The notes: generated from the letters alone by a model not told the origin. Shown: positions 41,678-52,716, counted from the first letter of the whole stretch. The stretch is DNA of 60,988 bases, filler included, from 10 parts of 10 records of this genome joined end to end with filler, not necessarily neighbours in it, one strand, 5' to 3'. A program made the numbers and translations.

Positions 41678-41777
41678 NNNNNNNNNNNNNNNNNNNNNNN
41701 NNNNNNNNNNNNNNNNNNNNNTTAATTAATTAANNNNNNNNNNNNNNNNNNNNNNNNNNNNNNNNNNNNNNNNNNNN

Positions 41778-41804
41778 GGATTGCCGCGCTTCGCTCGCAA
41801 TGAC
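41778..41804. repeat. REP-type palindrome (GATTGC...CGCAATGAC family)
   Basis: GGATTGCCGCGCTTCGCTCGCAATGAC at the contig edge, just past a stop codon. Confidence 0.6.
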
Positions 41805-41818
41805 AACGTAGTATTATC

Positions 41819-42502
41819 TTAGCAAGAGTTCTTTGAGCGATTTTTCTGAGAGATATGCATACCGACCAGACGAGCAATCACGATTGCGATATATAGTGAA
41901 CCAGTGACAGCTTCTAGAGATGCTAGCATCTTGGTTAGAGAGCAGCTCGGGACAATATCACCATAGCCCGTTGTAGTTAATGTCACAAAACTAAAATAGA
42001 GAACGTCTGCGTATGATTTAACAGTCATTGGGGCATTACCTATGGTAAACCTTTCAACATCAAGTAAGCCCAATCCAGCATAGATAAAAGCGAAAAACAT
42101 ACCAATTAGCAAATAGATACAAATGCTGCCTATAATCCGGTCAGAGGTAACATCATCTGTAACAAAAACGCTCTTACTAATTACCATAATGGATATGAGA
42201 ATAAAAACTGCATACGAAAAAACGCAAATCGAAAAGAAAGTCTCAACATATATATCAAGCATATTAGGGATTGCACCAATTAGACCTGTTACAAAAGCTA
42301 CAGATCCAGAGACTAAAGCTATAATCAAAGACGATTTTTTCTTTCTTATTCTAAAAATAATAGTCCCGAACGTAAGCAAGAGTGAAAGCGTAAAGACAAC
42401 GTATGTAATGACACTTTCATCAAGAGCGGATGAAGCTATAATCAGCGCTATAAGAGCTAGTAATATTTTAGAATATTGAGGAGATTTTTTTTGTTCAAAC
42501 AT
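41819..42502 (-). CDS. Potassium channel family protein (Ion_trans_2)
   Basis: YFSFVTLTTTGYGDIVP selectivity filter; IARLVG; multiple TMs. Confidence 0.88.
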   Translation of the reverse strand: MFEQKKSPQYSKILLALIALIIASSALDESVITYVVFTLSLLLTFGTIIFRIRKKKSSLIIALVSGSVAFVTGLIGAIPNMLDIYVETFFSICVFSYAVFILISIMVISKSVFVTDDVTSDRIIGSICIYLLIGMFFAFIYAGLGLLDVERFTIGNAPMTVKSYADVLYFSFVTLTTTGYGDIVPSCSLTKMLASLEAVTGSLYIAIVIARLVGMHISQKNRSKNSC

Positions 42503-42510
42503 AAGCTCTC

Positions 42511-45500
42511 CTATCTGATATCAAGCTTTTTGGTTGTTGGGAGTTCATTGCCTTTTTCTCTTCTCTTCTGAATCAAAACAAAAAGAACAGGCACAAGAAT
42601 CAAACTCAAGAAAGTTGAAGCCGTCATTCCACCAAGTACAGCTGTCCCAAGTGAATGTCTACTAGCTGAACCAGCACCACTTGCAAAAACCAAAGGTAAA
42701 ATACCAAATATAAATGACAACGCTGTCATAAGAATTGGTCTAAGTCTAATTCGTGCAGCAAGCATTGCTGATTCGGTTATAGAATAACCTTCATCACGTT
42801 TATTCTTTGCAAACTCTACAATCAAAATGGCGTTTTTGCTGGCTAAACCAATCAACATAACAAGACCGATCTGACAGTAGACATCATTGCTTAGGCCGCG
42901 AATCCACTGAAAACCTAGTGCTCCCAATATCGCAAGAGGCACGGCAAACATAACCATCAAAGGCATTGCCCAGCTTTCATATTGTGCACACAAGAATAGA
43001 TAGACAAAGACAATGGCGAGTCCGAAAATCAATCCAGCCATTCCACCAGCTTTAATTTCCTGAAGAGCAACTCCCGTCCACTCAAAACCATAACCATCTG
43101 GGAGTACTTTTTTCGAAATATCTTCCATGGCATTGATCGCCTGACCTGAACTGTAGCCTGGCGCATTTCCACCATCAATCTCAATTGTTCGATAAAGATT
43201 ATAGTGAGTTATCGTTTGGACACCTCTTATTTCTTTAACTCTTGCCAAGGCACTCAAAGGAATCATATCGCCATTGCTACTTCTAGCATAGAGCTTCGAA
43301 ATATCCGTCTTATCAGCCCTTGAATCATTCTTAGCCTGAACAAAAACTCTATAGACCCTTCCAAATTTATTAAAATCATTAACGTAGAGAGAACCCAGAT
43401 AGGCTTGAATAATAGAAAAGACATCAGAAATTGAGACACCCATGACTTTGGCCTTAGTTCTATCTAATTCAATATAGTACTGAGGATAATTGGCTTTAAA
43501 CGTCGTTGATAAATCTGACAGGACCTTGTAATTCTTACCTTCATCTATCACTTTTTGGGCAACACTATTAAGCTCATCCATAGAGCCACTGGCATAATCT
43601 TGCAACTCGTACTGAAAACCACCAGTTGTACTCAAACCTTGAATAGGCGGCGGATTAAATGCAAAGCTAATGGCATCTGGTATTAGAAAGATGTCCATCT
43701 GAATCTTATTCATTATACTTTCTAAACTTAGCTTTGATGAAGTACGTTCTGACCAAGGCTTCAAAACAACAAAGAATGAAGCTGAACTTGAATCCAATGT
43801 TGCCATAATTAAATTATAACCACCAATAGCTAGAACATCAGCAACACCATCAGTGTTCATAATTATCTTTTCAACCTTATCAGATATTTGTTCGGTTCTT
43901 TCTAGAGAAGCTCCTTCAGGCGCCTGTGTCATAACCATAAAGTAACCCTGATCCTCATCGGGAACAAAACCTGTTGGAACTATTTTAAACAACATATACG
44001 TCACTGCTAAAAGCACTAAAAAGGCTATTACTATAATTTTTGATTTTTTCACAAAAACACCAACTGCTCTTTCATAGTGCACATTTGACCAATTCATTAA
44101 CTTATCAAATCTGGTAAAAAACCAACCCTTCTTGCCAGGCTCTTTTCTTCTTAAAATAATCGCACAAAGAGCGGGACTTAAAGTTAGAGCATTGATTGAT
44201 GAAATACCAACTGAACATGCAATTGTAAGAGCAAACTGTTTGTACAGCTGCCCACTGATTCCAGGGATAAAGCCAACAGGAATAAAAACAGCAAAGAGAA
44301 CTAGAGTTGTAGCCATTACAGGACCGACAACCTCCCCCATTGCCTTCATGGTCGCCTTTAGAGGAGGCAAACCCTCTTCATCTATAATTCTCGAAACGTT
44401 TTCCACAACAACAATAGAGTCATCGACCACCAGACCAATCGCAAGGACCAAACCAAACAGACTTAAAGTATTGATCGAAAAACCGAGTGCCATCAAAAGA
44501 CCGAACGTACCAATTAGAGAAACAGGAATCGTGATAGCAGGAATTAGAGTGGTTCTCCAATCTTCTAGAAAAATAAAGATGACAATAAAAACTAAAATAA
44601 TGGCTATAAAGAGAGTCTCAACAACTTCTTCAATAGACTCCTTAACAAAGATAGTCGTATCATAAACAATTTCATACCTAACGCCATCTGGAAAACGTTC
44701 TTTGAGTTCATCCATCATAGCTCGAACACCGTTTGCAACATTGACCGAGTTGGCATCCGGAAGCTGATACACACCTATCGTTGTACTGCTCTTTCCATTT
44801 AATTTAGCAAACCAGCTATAACTCTCAGCGCCCAACTCAACGTCCGCAACATCTTTCACGCGGACAACAGCGCCGTCAGGATTAGTTCGAACAATAATAT
44901 TCTTAAACTCTTGAACCTCACTCAGCCTTCCCTTTGTAGTAATAGCATATTGAAAAGCCTGTCCAGGAGGCGCCGGAGGCTGACCGATACTACCTGCAGC
45001 AACTTGCAGGTTTTGGTCTTGTATGGCATTGATAACATCACTCGAGGTTAATCCCATGCTAGTGAGCTTGTTTGGGTCCATCCAGAATCTCATTGAGTAC
45101 TTTCTTTCACCCATGATTTGAACATCACCAACACCAGAAATTCTCTTTAAAACATCAACAATGTTTATTGCTGCATAATTACTGAGATAGAGCTCGTCGT
45201 ACATTTTATCATCTGAAAGCATATTAACAATCAGAGTAAGATCGGTGGACATTTTCTTGATTGTCACACCATATTTTCTAACGTCTTCCGGAACTTGAGG
45301 AAGAGCCATGTTAACTCTGTTCTGAACATCAACAGCTGCAATATCTAAATCGTACCCGACTTCAAAAGTGACGTTAATTGTGCTGGCTCCACTATTCGAG
45401 CTATTAGAAGACATGTACATCATGCCTTCAACACCATTAACCTGCTCTTCAATTGGAGAAGTAACGGTCTTCTCAACAACTTCAGCACTTGCACCGGTAT

Positions 45501-45648
45501 AAGTAGCTTGGATTTGAACAACAGGTGGTGCAATTTCTGGGAATTGAGCAACAGGAAGAATTGGAATACAGACAACGCCAACTAAAACGAATAGAATGGC
45601 TATAACGGTTGCAAAAACAGGTCTCTTAATGAAAAAATTAACAAACAT
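42511..45648 (-). CDS. HAE1-family RND multidrug efflux permease
   Basis: FFIKRPVFA, GLVVDDSIVVVEN, PDEDQG, KNAILIVEFA and RLRPILMT motifs. Confidence 0.95.
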   Translation of the reverse strand: MFVNFFIKRPVFATVIAILFVLVGVVCIPILPVAQFPEIAPPVVQIQATYTGASAEVVEKTVTSPIEEQVNGVEGMMYMSSNSSNSGASTINVTFEVGYDLDIAAVDVQNRVNMALPQVPEDVRKYGVTIKKMSTDLTLIVNMLSDDKMYDELYLSNYAAINIVDVLKRISGVGDVQIMGERKYSMRFWMDPNKLTSMGLTSSDVINAIQDQNLQVAAGSIGQPPAPPGQAFQYAITTKGRLSEVQEFKNIIVRTNPDGAVVRVKDVADVELGAESYSWFAKLNGKSSTTIGVYQLPDANSVNVANGVRAMMDELKERFPDGVRYEIVYDTTIFVKESIEEVVETLFIAIILVFIVIFIFLEDWRTTLIPAITIPVSLIGTFGLLMALGFSINTLSLFGLVLAIGLVVDDSIVVVENVSRIIDEEGLPPLKATMKAMGEVVGPVMATTLVLFAVFIPVGFIPGISGQLYKQFALTIACSVGISSINALTLSPALCAIILRRKEPGKKGWFFTRFDKLMNWSNVHYERAVGVFVKKSKIIVIAFLVLLAVTYMLFKIVPTGFVPDEDQGYFMVMTQAPEGASLERTEQISDKVEKIIMNTDGVADVLAIGGYNLIMATLDSSSASFFVVLKPWSERTSSKLSLESIMNKIQMDIFLIPDAISFAFNPPPIQGLSTTGGFQYELQDYASGSMDELNSVAQKVIDEGKNYKVLSDLSTTFKANYPQYYIELDRTKAKVMGVSISDVFSIIQAYLGSLYVNDFNKFGRVYRVFVQAKNDSRADKTDISKLYARSSNGDMIPLSALARVKEIRGVQTITHYNLYRTIEIDGGNAPGYSSGQAINAMEDISKKVLPDGYGFEWTGVALQEIKAGGMAGLIFGLAIVFVYLFLCAQYESWAMPLMVMFAVPLAILGALGFQWIRGLSNDVYCQIGLVMLIGLASKNAILIVEFAKNKRDEGYSITESAMLAARIRLRPILMTALSFIFGILPLVFASGAGSASRHSLGTAVLGGMTASTFLSLILVPVLFVLIQKRREKGNELPTTKKLDIR

Positions 45649-45650
45649 AA

Positions 45651-47093
45651 TTACTCATCATCTTTAACGTTATTTTTATTAAGACTATCAACAGTAACAA
45701 TAGTTGGTTTCACTTTCATACCAGTCTTTACAAACTGTATACCTTTAACAATAACGCTTTCATCACCATTCAGCCCTTTTGAAACAGCCTTTAACTGTCC
45801 AAACTTTTCACCCAATTCAATGTGTTTAAGCTCAACAATGTTATTTTTGTTTACCGTAAAAACGTATGAACCAACCTGATCTTCTGCAATGGCTATAGAA
45901 GGTATTAGCAGTGAATCTGGTTTTTCAGCGAGTAATAGACGAACATCCCCATAAATCCCAGGCAATAAGGCCTTATCGGGGTTAGGCATCTCTATTCTCA
46001 TATTTACCGTACTTGTTGCCTGATCAACAACATTATCTACAAAATTCAACTGCCCTTTTTGTGGATAGACGGTGCCATCAGGAAAAACAAGTTCTCCTGA
46101 CAAGGCTCCTTTTTGAGCATATTTATTAATCTCTCTATAATCAATTTCACTTGGACTAAAATAGACGTAGATAGGATCCAACTGAACAAGTGTTGCAAGG
46201 ACTGTATCCTGCCCTCCTGCCCCAACAAGGTTACCAACATCAACTTGCGTTTTGCCAACACGTCCATTGAATGGTGCATACATTGTGCAATAGCTTAAAT
46301 CGAGTTTAGCTTTCTCTACTGCAGCTTTATCAGCATCAACCATCGCTTTTGCTTCATCAGCCTGAGTCACAATATCATCAAATTGTTCTCGTGATACGTA
46401 ATCTTTTTCAACCAACACAGCATACCTGGCAACCTGTTCATCTGCATACTTAAGAGCCGCAGTATCCTTTTCAAGTTGAGCAACAGCCTGATCAAGAGCT
46501 GCCTGATATTCACGAGGATCGATCACATACATCAACTCACCTTCATTAACATCAGAACCTTCAACAAAATTACGTTCAATCAAAAAGCCCTCAACCCTGG
46601 CCTTGATTTCAACCGTTCTAATCGATTCAACATTGCCAACGAATTGTACATACTCTGGAACTGTCTTTTTCTCTACTTTAACAACAGTGACCTTTTGAGT
46701 CCCAAATTTCAAATACATCTCGACCATGTTATAGATTTTGGAACCGATAAAGAAGATGACAAACAGAATAATACAAACTTTAACAAGCTTCTTGTGCCCA
46801 TGATAAAAGGCTTTGAGCTTTGCCCAATATTTTTGAGCACCGACATAGAGTTTATGCTGTTTGATATTTTTTAGACCTGGATGAGCGTCCAACAACTTCT
46901 GCTTATACTTAGGATAACTCTCTTTGATATAATCAATACCCTTATAAAACCACTTAACCAAAAAATCTTTACCCTTCAAAATTTGTTCTCTTACTGAAGG
47001 AAATGATTTGGGAAACAACTTCATAAAAAGAGCATCAAGCATTAAAATGATCTTTAGTATAATGTTCCAAATAAAATTTAGTATCTTACGCAT
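45651..47093 (-). CDS. RND membrane fusion protein with a long basic N-terminal extension
   Basis: ARVEGFL, IDPREY, APFNGRVG, QLDPIYV and NPDKALLPG motifs. Confidence 0.9.
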   Translation of the reverse strand: MRKILNFIWNIILKIILMLDALFMKLFPKSFPSVREQILKGKDFLVKWFYKGIDYIKESYPKYKQKLLDAHPGLKNIKQHKLYVGAQKYWAKLKAFYHGHKKLVKVCIILFVIFFIGSKIYNMVEMYLKFGTQKVTVVKVEKKTVPEYVQFVGNVESIRTVEIKARVEGFLIERNFVEGSDVNEGELMYVIDPREYQAALDQAVAQLEKDTAALKYADEQVARYAVLVEKDYVSREQFDDIVTQADEAKAMVDADKAAVEKAKLDLSYCTMYAPFNGRVGKTQVDVGNLVGAGGQDTVLATLVQLDPIYVYFSPSEIDYREINKYAQKGALSGELVFPDGTVYPQKGQLNFVDNVVDQATSTVNMRIEMPNPDKALLPGIYGDVRLLLAEKPDSLLIPSIAIAEDQVGSYVFTVNKNNIVELKHIELGEKFGQLKAVSKGLNGDESVIVKGIQFVKTGMKVKPTIVTVDSLNKNNVKDDE

Positions 47094-47099
47094 AGATCA

Positions 47100-48590
47100 C
47101 TACCTTCTTTTCGAAAAATGAGATCTTGTATCTTTAACCAAATTGTAAGGTGACATCTCTTTACCCACAGCATGAATCAATTCTGCAAAGGAGTTATAAT
47201 AATTAACTCTGGCGTTTACAAGTTCTGATCTAGCATTAGCTAATTGAGATTGAGCGTTGAGAAGTTCAACTATATCCGCAGCTCCGGCCTTATAGCGCCC
47301 CAAAGAAACATTGAAAGACTCTCTGGAACTTGCGAGCAAAGCTGTATTAGCCTTTACTTCCTGCTCTGAAGTCTGAAAATTGTGATAGGCATTCCAAACT
47401 TCGGAAATAATACCATCCTCTGTATCTCTTAATTGTTGTCTTGCCGCCTCAACCTCAGCCTTGGCTTTTCTTACAGCGTTTCTCAAAGCAAAACCTTGAA
47501 AGATCGGAAACTGAACAGAGAGGCCAGCTTGATATGTAGTTTCATCCAATCTGTTTTGCTTTTGCCAAGTATAATTAGCATCGGCATTTAACGTAGGAAG
47601 CATTGCAGACTTTGCCTTTATTAGTTCAGCCTCTTTCTGCTTTAAGTAGGCAATCGCACTATTGAGTTGAGGCCTCTTTTTCCTAGACTCGCTTATCAAG
47701 CTCTCAACATTATTTTTGATCTCATTTAAAGGAATATGTTCAGGCTGGGCACTTACCTGAACAGGAGTGTCAGCTGTCCAACCAATTGCTGTCGCCAAGT
47801 CGCCAGCAGATATCTCTGCATCACCTTTTGCTTTTATCAAATTCACTCTGACTTGATCTGCATTTGCTTTTGCCTGGAGAACATCTGCCAACGTATTAAC
47901 ACCAACCTCTTTCTTAACTCTTGCTGCCGCCAAACTAGCCATTGCTTCGTTTAGATTTTTACCCTCTGCAACAATCTGGGAGAGATCACCTAAATGAGTA
48001 TAGTAAGCTTGGTAAACATTTCTAAAGGTATCTTGGATCACCTGATTCTGATTCCAGTTTGAAGCAACCAAAGCCTGTCTTGCAGCTTCAGCTCGTGCAC
48101 CTCTGCCTCCGAAATCCAAAAGCAGGTATCCCAAGTTAACCTGAGCATTCTCATAACGCGAGTGACCCAAAATTGAAGGAGGAACTTTTTGATAACCCGA
48201 GCTAACACTACCGTCTAACGATGGATAAAATTCACCTCTTGCCTCTGCCCAAGTTGCAGAACTTGCGTAGGCTTCTGCCCAAGCTAGTCTAGTTTTCGGG
48301 TTATTTCTCAAGGCGATATCTATTAATTCTGAAAGTGAGTTCTGGCCTGAATAGTACTCTTGAGGAGGATTCTCTTCTGGTAACTGACGATCTAAAGGCA
48401 ATCCTGACATTCTTTTATCCGACGGAATCCAGCTCTTATCTGGTGCACTAGATACATGGTCCTTTGGATAAAATTCAGGAGGATGTTCAACCATACATCC
48501 CATCACCCCAAAAAGACCAAAAACAACACTAAAACAGAAAAATCTCTTAAGATTTGTGCTGAAATTTGAAGAATTGCTCCAAAACATCAA
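47100..48590 (-). CDS. TolC-family outer-membrane protein (lipoprotein)
   Basis: Lipobox MGC; ALRNNP, LLLDFGGR, PIFQG and GRYKAG motifs. Confidence 0.88.
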   Translation of the reverse strand: MMFWSNSSNFSTNLKRFFCFSVVFGLFGVMGCMVEHPPEFYPKDHVSSAPDKSWIPSDKRMSGLPLDRQLPEENPPQEYYSGQNSLSELIDIALRNNPKTRLAWAEAYASSATWAEARGEFYPSLDGSVSSGYQKVPPSILGHSRYENAQVNLGYLLLDFGGRGARAEAARQALVASNWNQNQVIQDTFRNVYQAYYTHLGDLSQIVAEGKNLNEAMASLAAARVKKEVGVNTLADVLQAKANADQVRVNLIKAKGDAEISAGDLATAIGWTADTPVQVSAQPEHIPLNEIKNNVESLISESRKKRPQLNSAIAYLKQKEAELIKAKSAMLPTLNADANYTWQKQNRLDETTYQAGLSVQFPIFQGFALRNAVRKAKAEVEAARQQLRDTEDGIISEVWNAYHNFQTSEQEVKANTALLASSRESFNVSLGRYKAGAADIVELLNAQSQLANARSELVNARVNYYNSFAELIHAVGKEMSPYNLVKDTRSHFSKRR

Positions 48591-48783
48591 GTTTTTACCC
48601 TATTTTTTAGCCGAAAAAGTGAAGAGTCCCCACGACTGTTTTCACAATATGCCCTTATGTAGCATATTTCAGCATTTTTGGCCAGAAAACTATAAAAAAT
48701 TCATAGTAGTTAGGTTGATCTTCATTAATTTCTTTATTATTTCTCTCTAAACAGTTATTAGGCTTCAAAAAAGGAGATAACCT

Positions 48784-48879
48784 ATGAAAAACGTAAGAAT
48801 TCTTTGTGCGATTTTAATCATACCTTTAGTTTGCATACTCCTACTTAGTAACGTTGAAGCCAAAAAGGGACATAAAAAA
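48784..48879 (+). CDS. Secreted protein N-terminus (truncated)
   Basis: AAGGAG RBS; MKNVRILCAILIIPLVCILLLSNVEA signal peptide. Confidence 0.6.
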
Positions 48880-48987
48880 NNNNNNNNNNNNNNNNNNNNN
48901 NNNNNNNNNNNNNNNNNNNNNNNTTAATTAATTAANNNNNNNNNNNNNNNNNNNNNNNNNNNNNNNNNNNNNNNNNNNNGGGGAGTT

Positions 48988-50211
48988 TTGAAACAAATCA
49001 CATTCGAGACGCTGGAATCCTTTCTTGTGGTTATCCTGGTCCTTTACCTGGGTAAGATCATAAAGCGGTTCGTCAAACCCCTGCAGACCTACAACATCCC
49101 CGAACCGATCATCGGCGGACTGGTCATCGCCGGAATTCAGACGGTCCTGAAGTACAAGGGCGTCTCCATCGCCTTCAGCCTCCCCTTCACAAACATCTTC
49201 ATGCTCATGTTCTTCAGTACCGTGGGCCTGGGGGCCAACTTCAAGCTGATCAGAAAGGGGGGACAGAAGGTCTTCATCTTCCTGTTTGTGACCGTCCTGT
49301 TCATCATCCTGCAGAATACCCTGGGGGTCCTGCTGGCCGGGATCCTGGGGCAGGATCCCCTGATCGGCCTGATCGCCGGTTCCATCACCCTCACCGGGGG
49401 TCACGGAACCGGGGCGGCCTGGGCTGAGACCTTCAGCAGCCGGTTCGGCCTGGACACCACGGAGATCGCCATGGCGGCCGCCACCTTCGGCCTGATCATC
49501 GGAGGGATGATCGGAGGCCCCGTCGGCCAGAGGCTGATCGGCAGATACGGCCTGAAGTCCGACTACATCCCCCTGAAGGAGCATGAGGAGGAGCTCTCCC
49601 ATCTGATCACCTTCGACGAGAAGAAGGAGGAGACGATCACCGTGGACAACACCATTTCCACCCTGTTTATGATGATGGTCTGTATCACCGCCTCCAAATA
49701 CATATCCCGGGGGATCGACTCCCTGCCCCACAACTGGCTGAAAATGCCCGACTTCGTCTACGCCCTGTTCATCGGCGTCATCATCGCCAATATCAGCGAG
49801 CTGAAACGGTTCCCTTTGAAGATCAACCCGGAGAACCTGGATATGATCGGAACCCTCTCGCTCAACTTCTTTCTGGGGATGACCCTGATGAGCCTCCGGC
49901 TCTGGGAGATCTTCGACATCGCCCTGCCCCTCCTGGTCATCCTGACCGCCCAGACGGTCCTGATGGTCCTGTTCGCCCGGTTCATCACCTTCCGGATCAT
50001 GGGCCGCGACTACACCGCGGCTGTCCTGTCGGGAGGCCACTGCGGTTTCGGCATGGGAGCGACCCCCACGGCGGTAATGAACATGGGGGCCCTAGTGGCC
50101 GAGAACGGCCCGTCGCCCCAGGCGTTTATGGTCCTGCCCATCGTGGGGGCCTTCTTTGTGGATATCGCCAATATGGTGGTGCTGCAGGTGTTTATTTCTA
50201 TTGTCGGGTGA
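48988..50211 (+). CDS. gltS: Sodium/glutamate symporter
   Basis: IPEPIIGG, GSITLTGGHGTGAAW, AATFGLI.GG.IGGP and GHCGFGMGATPTA motifs. Confidence 0.93.
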   Translation: MKQITFETLESFLVVILVLYLGKIIKRFVKPLQTYNIPEPIIGGLVIAGIQTVLKYKGVSIAFSLPFTNIFMLMFFSTVGLGANFKLIRKGGQKVFIFLFVTVLFIILQNTLGVLLAGILGQDPLIGLIAGSITLTGGHGTGAAWAETFSSRFGLDTTEIAMAAATFGLIIGGMIGGPVGQRLIGRYGLKSDYIPLKEHEEELSHLITFDEKKEETITVDNTISTLFMMMVCITASKYISRGIDSLPHNWLKMPDFVYALFIGVIIANISELKRFPLKINPENLDMIGTLSLNFFLGMTLMSLRLWEIFDIALPLLVILTAQTVLMVLFARFITFRIMGRDYTAAVLSGGHCGFGMGATPTAVMNMGALVAENGPSPQAFMVLPIVGAFFVDIANMVVLQVFISIVG

Positions 50212-50347
50212 TGGAGGGCGGGCTCCGTCCGGTTCTTCCCGGTAAAAGCATACAGAAAAGCTTGATAACTGAAAATTGTGAGATATCATATACCGGAAGG
50301 ATACACGAGCCGTAATCCTGTGAAAATTGGATAAACCACCGGGATGA

Positions 50348-50773
50348 ATGAGCAACATGAAGGTACTGAGTTTTCAACTGTTTCTGGAAAATGAAGAGAT
50401 CGATTCTGATTTGATTTCTCGGATAAACAAGATCCTGAACTGCCGTCTGGCGAAATACGACGGAGACAGAAGACCGGATGAGGAAGTCTGGGAATCGGAA
50501 CTCTTCGGCCTGGAAATAGAACTGGCCTGCAGCAGTGAATGGAATGAGACAATCCTGACAGGTTCGTCGGAAAAAATATGTCATTACATGCCGGAAGAGG
50601 AAGAACGGGAGTTCACGGACATCAGCGAAGAGGTATTGAATCTCTTCCGGATCTTTTTTCCCGGAAAAAAATGGAAGAGAGTAATTCAGACCACAAATCA
50701 TTCATATAATATAATTCCAAAGCCCATCCGGGGAGAAACCCGCTGCCCTGCAACGGCAGCAATTAAGAAATAG
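50348..50773 (+). CDS. Hypothetical acidic protein
   Basis: 141-aa ORF with lower GC than gltS; no recognised family. Confidence 0.55.
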   Translation: MSNMKVLSFQLFLENEEIDSDLISRINKILNCRLAKYDGDRRPDEEVWESELFGLEIELACSSEWNETILTGSSEKICHYMPEEEEREFTDISEEVLNLFRIFFPGKKWKRVIQTTNHSYNIIPKPIRGETRCPATAAIKK

Positions 50774-50823
50774 CACATCAGTACCGAAATATAAAAGACA
50801 TATAAAACGGGAGGAGAAGCAGC

Positions 50824-51465
50824 ATGGAACAAACACCACAGTCCCACATCAATGAGGCCCGCCGGATACTGAAGGAGTCAGGCTGGGACGAAGCCAGAGA
50901 GACCTACTACAAAGCCCTGAGGGTATACCTGGAAGACAAGGGGAAGTACAGAGAAGAGCTGGCCGACCTTTACCTGGAAATGGCCCAAGTCGTCTTTCAG
51001 GTGGAAGCATGGGACCACATGACAGGGAAAAAGCCCCTCATGGAGGACACATCCAGGACCCTGACATATCTGATCGAGGCCCGCAATTTATACTCTGATC
51101 TCTCGGAAAAGAATCCCGCCGGATACCGGTATCAGACCGCCCTGGTGTATAAATACTTCGGCAACCTGTATACCAGGTTTGAAGAGTACGACAGAGCTTC
51201 CGCCCTTCTGGAAAAAGCCCTTGAAGCAATGGATGCCCTGGAGACGAAAACCGGGGAAACGGAATTCACCCATGCCGATCTTCTGATCGACTACGGCATA
51301 CTGTGGTATGAACACTTATCAGATTCCGCCCGCTCCCTGGCAAGTGCCCGGAAGGCGGAAACGATTCTGTCATCCCTCAGTAAAAGCCATCCGGAAATCT
51401 GTGAAAATCCGGCGTTCGAAGAGCTGGAGGTCAGCATCAGCGACCTGAAGATGCTGAACAAATAG
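50824..51465 (+). CDS. TPR-like helical repeat protein
   Basis: GGAGG RBS; TPR-like YFGNLY...YDRASALLEKALE. Confidence 0.7.
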   Translation: MEQTPQSHINEARRILKESGWDEARETYYKALRVYLEDKGKYREELADLYLEMAQVVFQVEAWDHMTGKKPLMEDTSRTLTYLIEARNLYSDLSEKNPAGYRYQTALVYKYFGNLYTRFEEYDRASALLEKALEAMDALETKTGETEFTHADLLIDYGILWYEHLSDSARSLASARKAETILSSLSKSHPEICENPAFEELEVSISDLKMLNK

Positions 51466-51469
51466 AAGA

Positions 51470-52696
51470 TCAGGTTTCCGGAACAACTTCAAACACGCCC
51501 GATCCTTCTGAACACAACTCTCCCACCACCTCATTCCTCCCGGCCTTGAAGCCGAAGAAAATCAGCAGGCAGAGAAACAGGATCAGTATTTCGATGGAAA
51601 CAGTCCAGGAACTGGTCATATCAAAGATAAATCCCAGGAGGAAGGGACCCACCGCGGCCAGCAGATATCCCGCCGACTGGGCCATCCCGGAAAGCTCCGC
51701 GGCCGTTGCAGCATTGTGAGAACGGAGGGAGATAAACGTAATCGCCAGGCTGATGCTCCCCCCCATACCGATCCCGATCAATACGATCGCCATAACAATC
51801 AGCAGGGGTGACCGGGAAACAAGCAGCAGGCTCATCCCCAGAAGATAGATCAGAGACGAAATGGTTGTGATTCCCCTCTGATCCCTGAACCGGTCGGCGA
51901 TAATGGGCATCATCAGGGTGGCGGGCAGACCGATCAGCTGGAAGAGAAGCGCCATCATACCCGAAAACTCGACACTCATCCCCCGGGATGTCACAATAGA
52001 CGGCAGCCAGGCCACAAGGCAGTAAAACAGCAGAGACTGGGTTCCCATGAACAGGGTAACCCACCAGGCAAGAGGGGATTTCCATACGGAACCCTCTCCG
52101 GACGCCTTCTGATTCCGCCGGCCCTTTCCGGTCTCCTCCGGTTTTTCAATCTGGGGCAGCCAGATAAACACCGTTATCAGGGTCAGGACGGTCCATACCG
52201 CCAGAGTATGGCTCCAGCCGAAACCGGAACCGAGGGCCAGCGGAACACTGACACCCGCTCCCAGGGCGGCAAAGATACACATGCTGGTGGTGTATACACT
52301 GGTAACCACCCCTACACTCTTTGAAAACCGGAGCTTTATGATACTGGGAATCAGAACGTTCCCGATGGCAATACCGAGGCCGATAAGGGCGGTTCCCAGA
52401 AACAGACCGGCCGCATTGGTATAGGACCGGATGAGTTCTCCCGCCAGGATCATAAAAAGCCCTCCCAGCATGGTTAACCCAGCCCCGAACCGGGAGCTGA
52501 TGTTTGATACAAAGGGAGAGAAGAGAGCAAAGGCCATCAGGGGAAGGGTCGTAATAAACCCCGCCATGCTGTTGGTCAGATGAAACTGATCTTTAACAAG
52601 ATCGACGATGGGACCCACAGACGTGATGGGGGCTCTCAGATTAAAGGAAATAAAGATAATTCCCAGAAGAATAAGAAGATTCGAGGACTTTTTCAT
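51470..52696 (-). CDS. CynX/NimT-family MFS transporter
   Basis: FNLRAPITSVGP, GNVLIPS.IK.RF and LSGMAQSAGYLLAA.GP motifs. Confidence 0.92.
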   Translation of the reverse strand: MKKSSNLLILLGIIFISFNLRAPITSVGPIVDLVKDQFHLTNSMAGFITTLPLMAFALFSPFVSNISSRFGAGLTMLGGLFMILAGELIRSYTNAAGLFLGTALIGLGIAIGNVLIPSIIKLRFSKSVGVVTSVYTTSMCIFAALGAGVSVPLALGSGFGWSHTLAVWTVLTLITVFIWLPQIEKPEETGKGRRNQKASGEGSVWKSPLAWWVTLFMGTQSLLFYCLVAWLPSIVTSRGMSVEFSGMMALLFQLIGLPATLMMPIIADRFRDQRGITTISSLIYLLGMSLLLVSRSPLLIVMAIVLIGIGMGGSISLAITFISLRSHNAATAAELSGMAQSAGYLLAAVGPFLLGFIFDMTSSWTVSIEILILFLCLLIFFGFKAGRNEVVGELCSEGSGVFEVVPET

Positions 52697-52716
52697 GTAT
52701 TATCTGCCTTCTGTAT

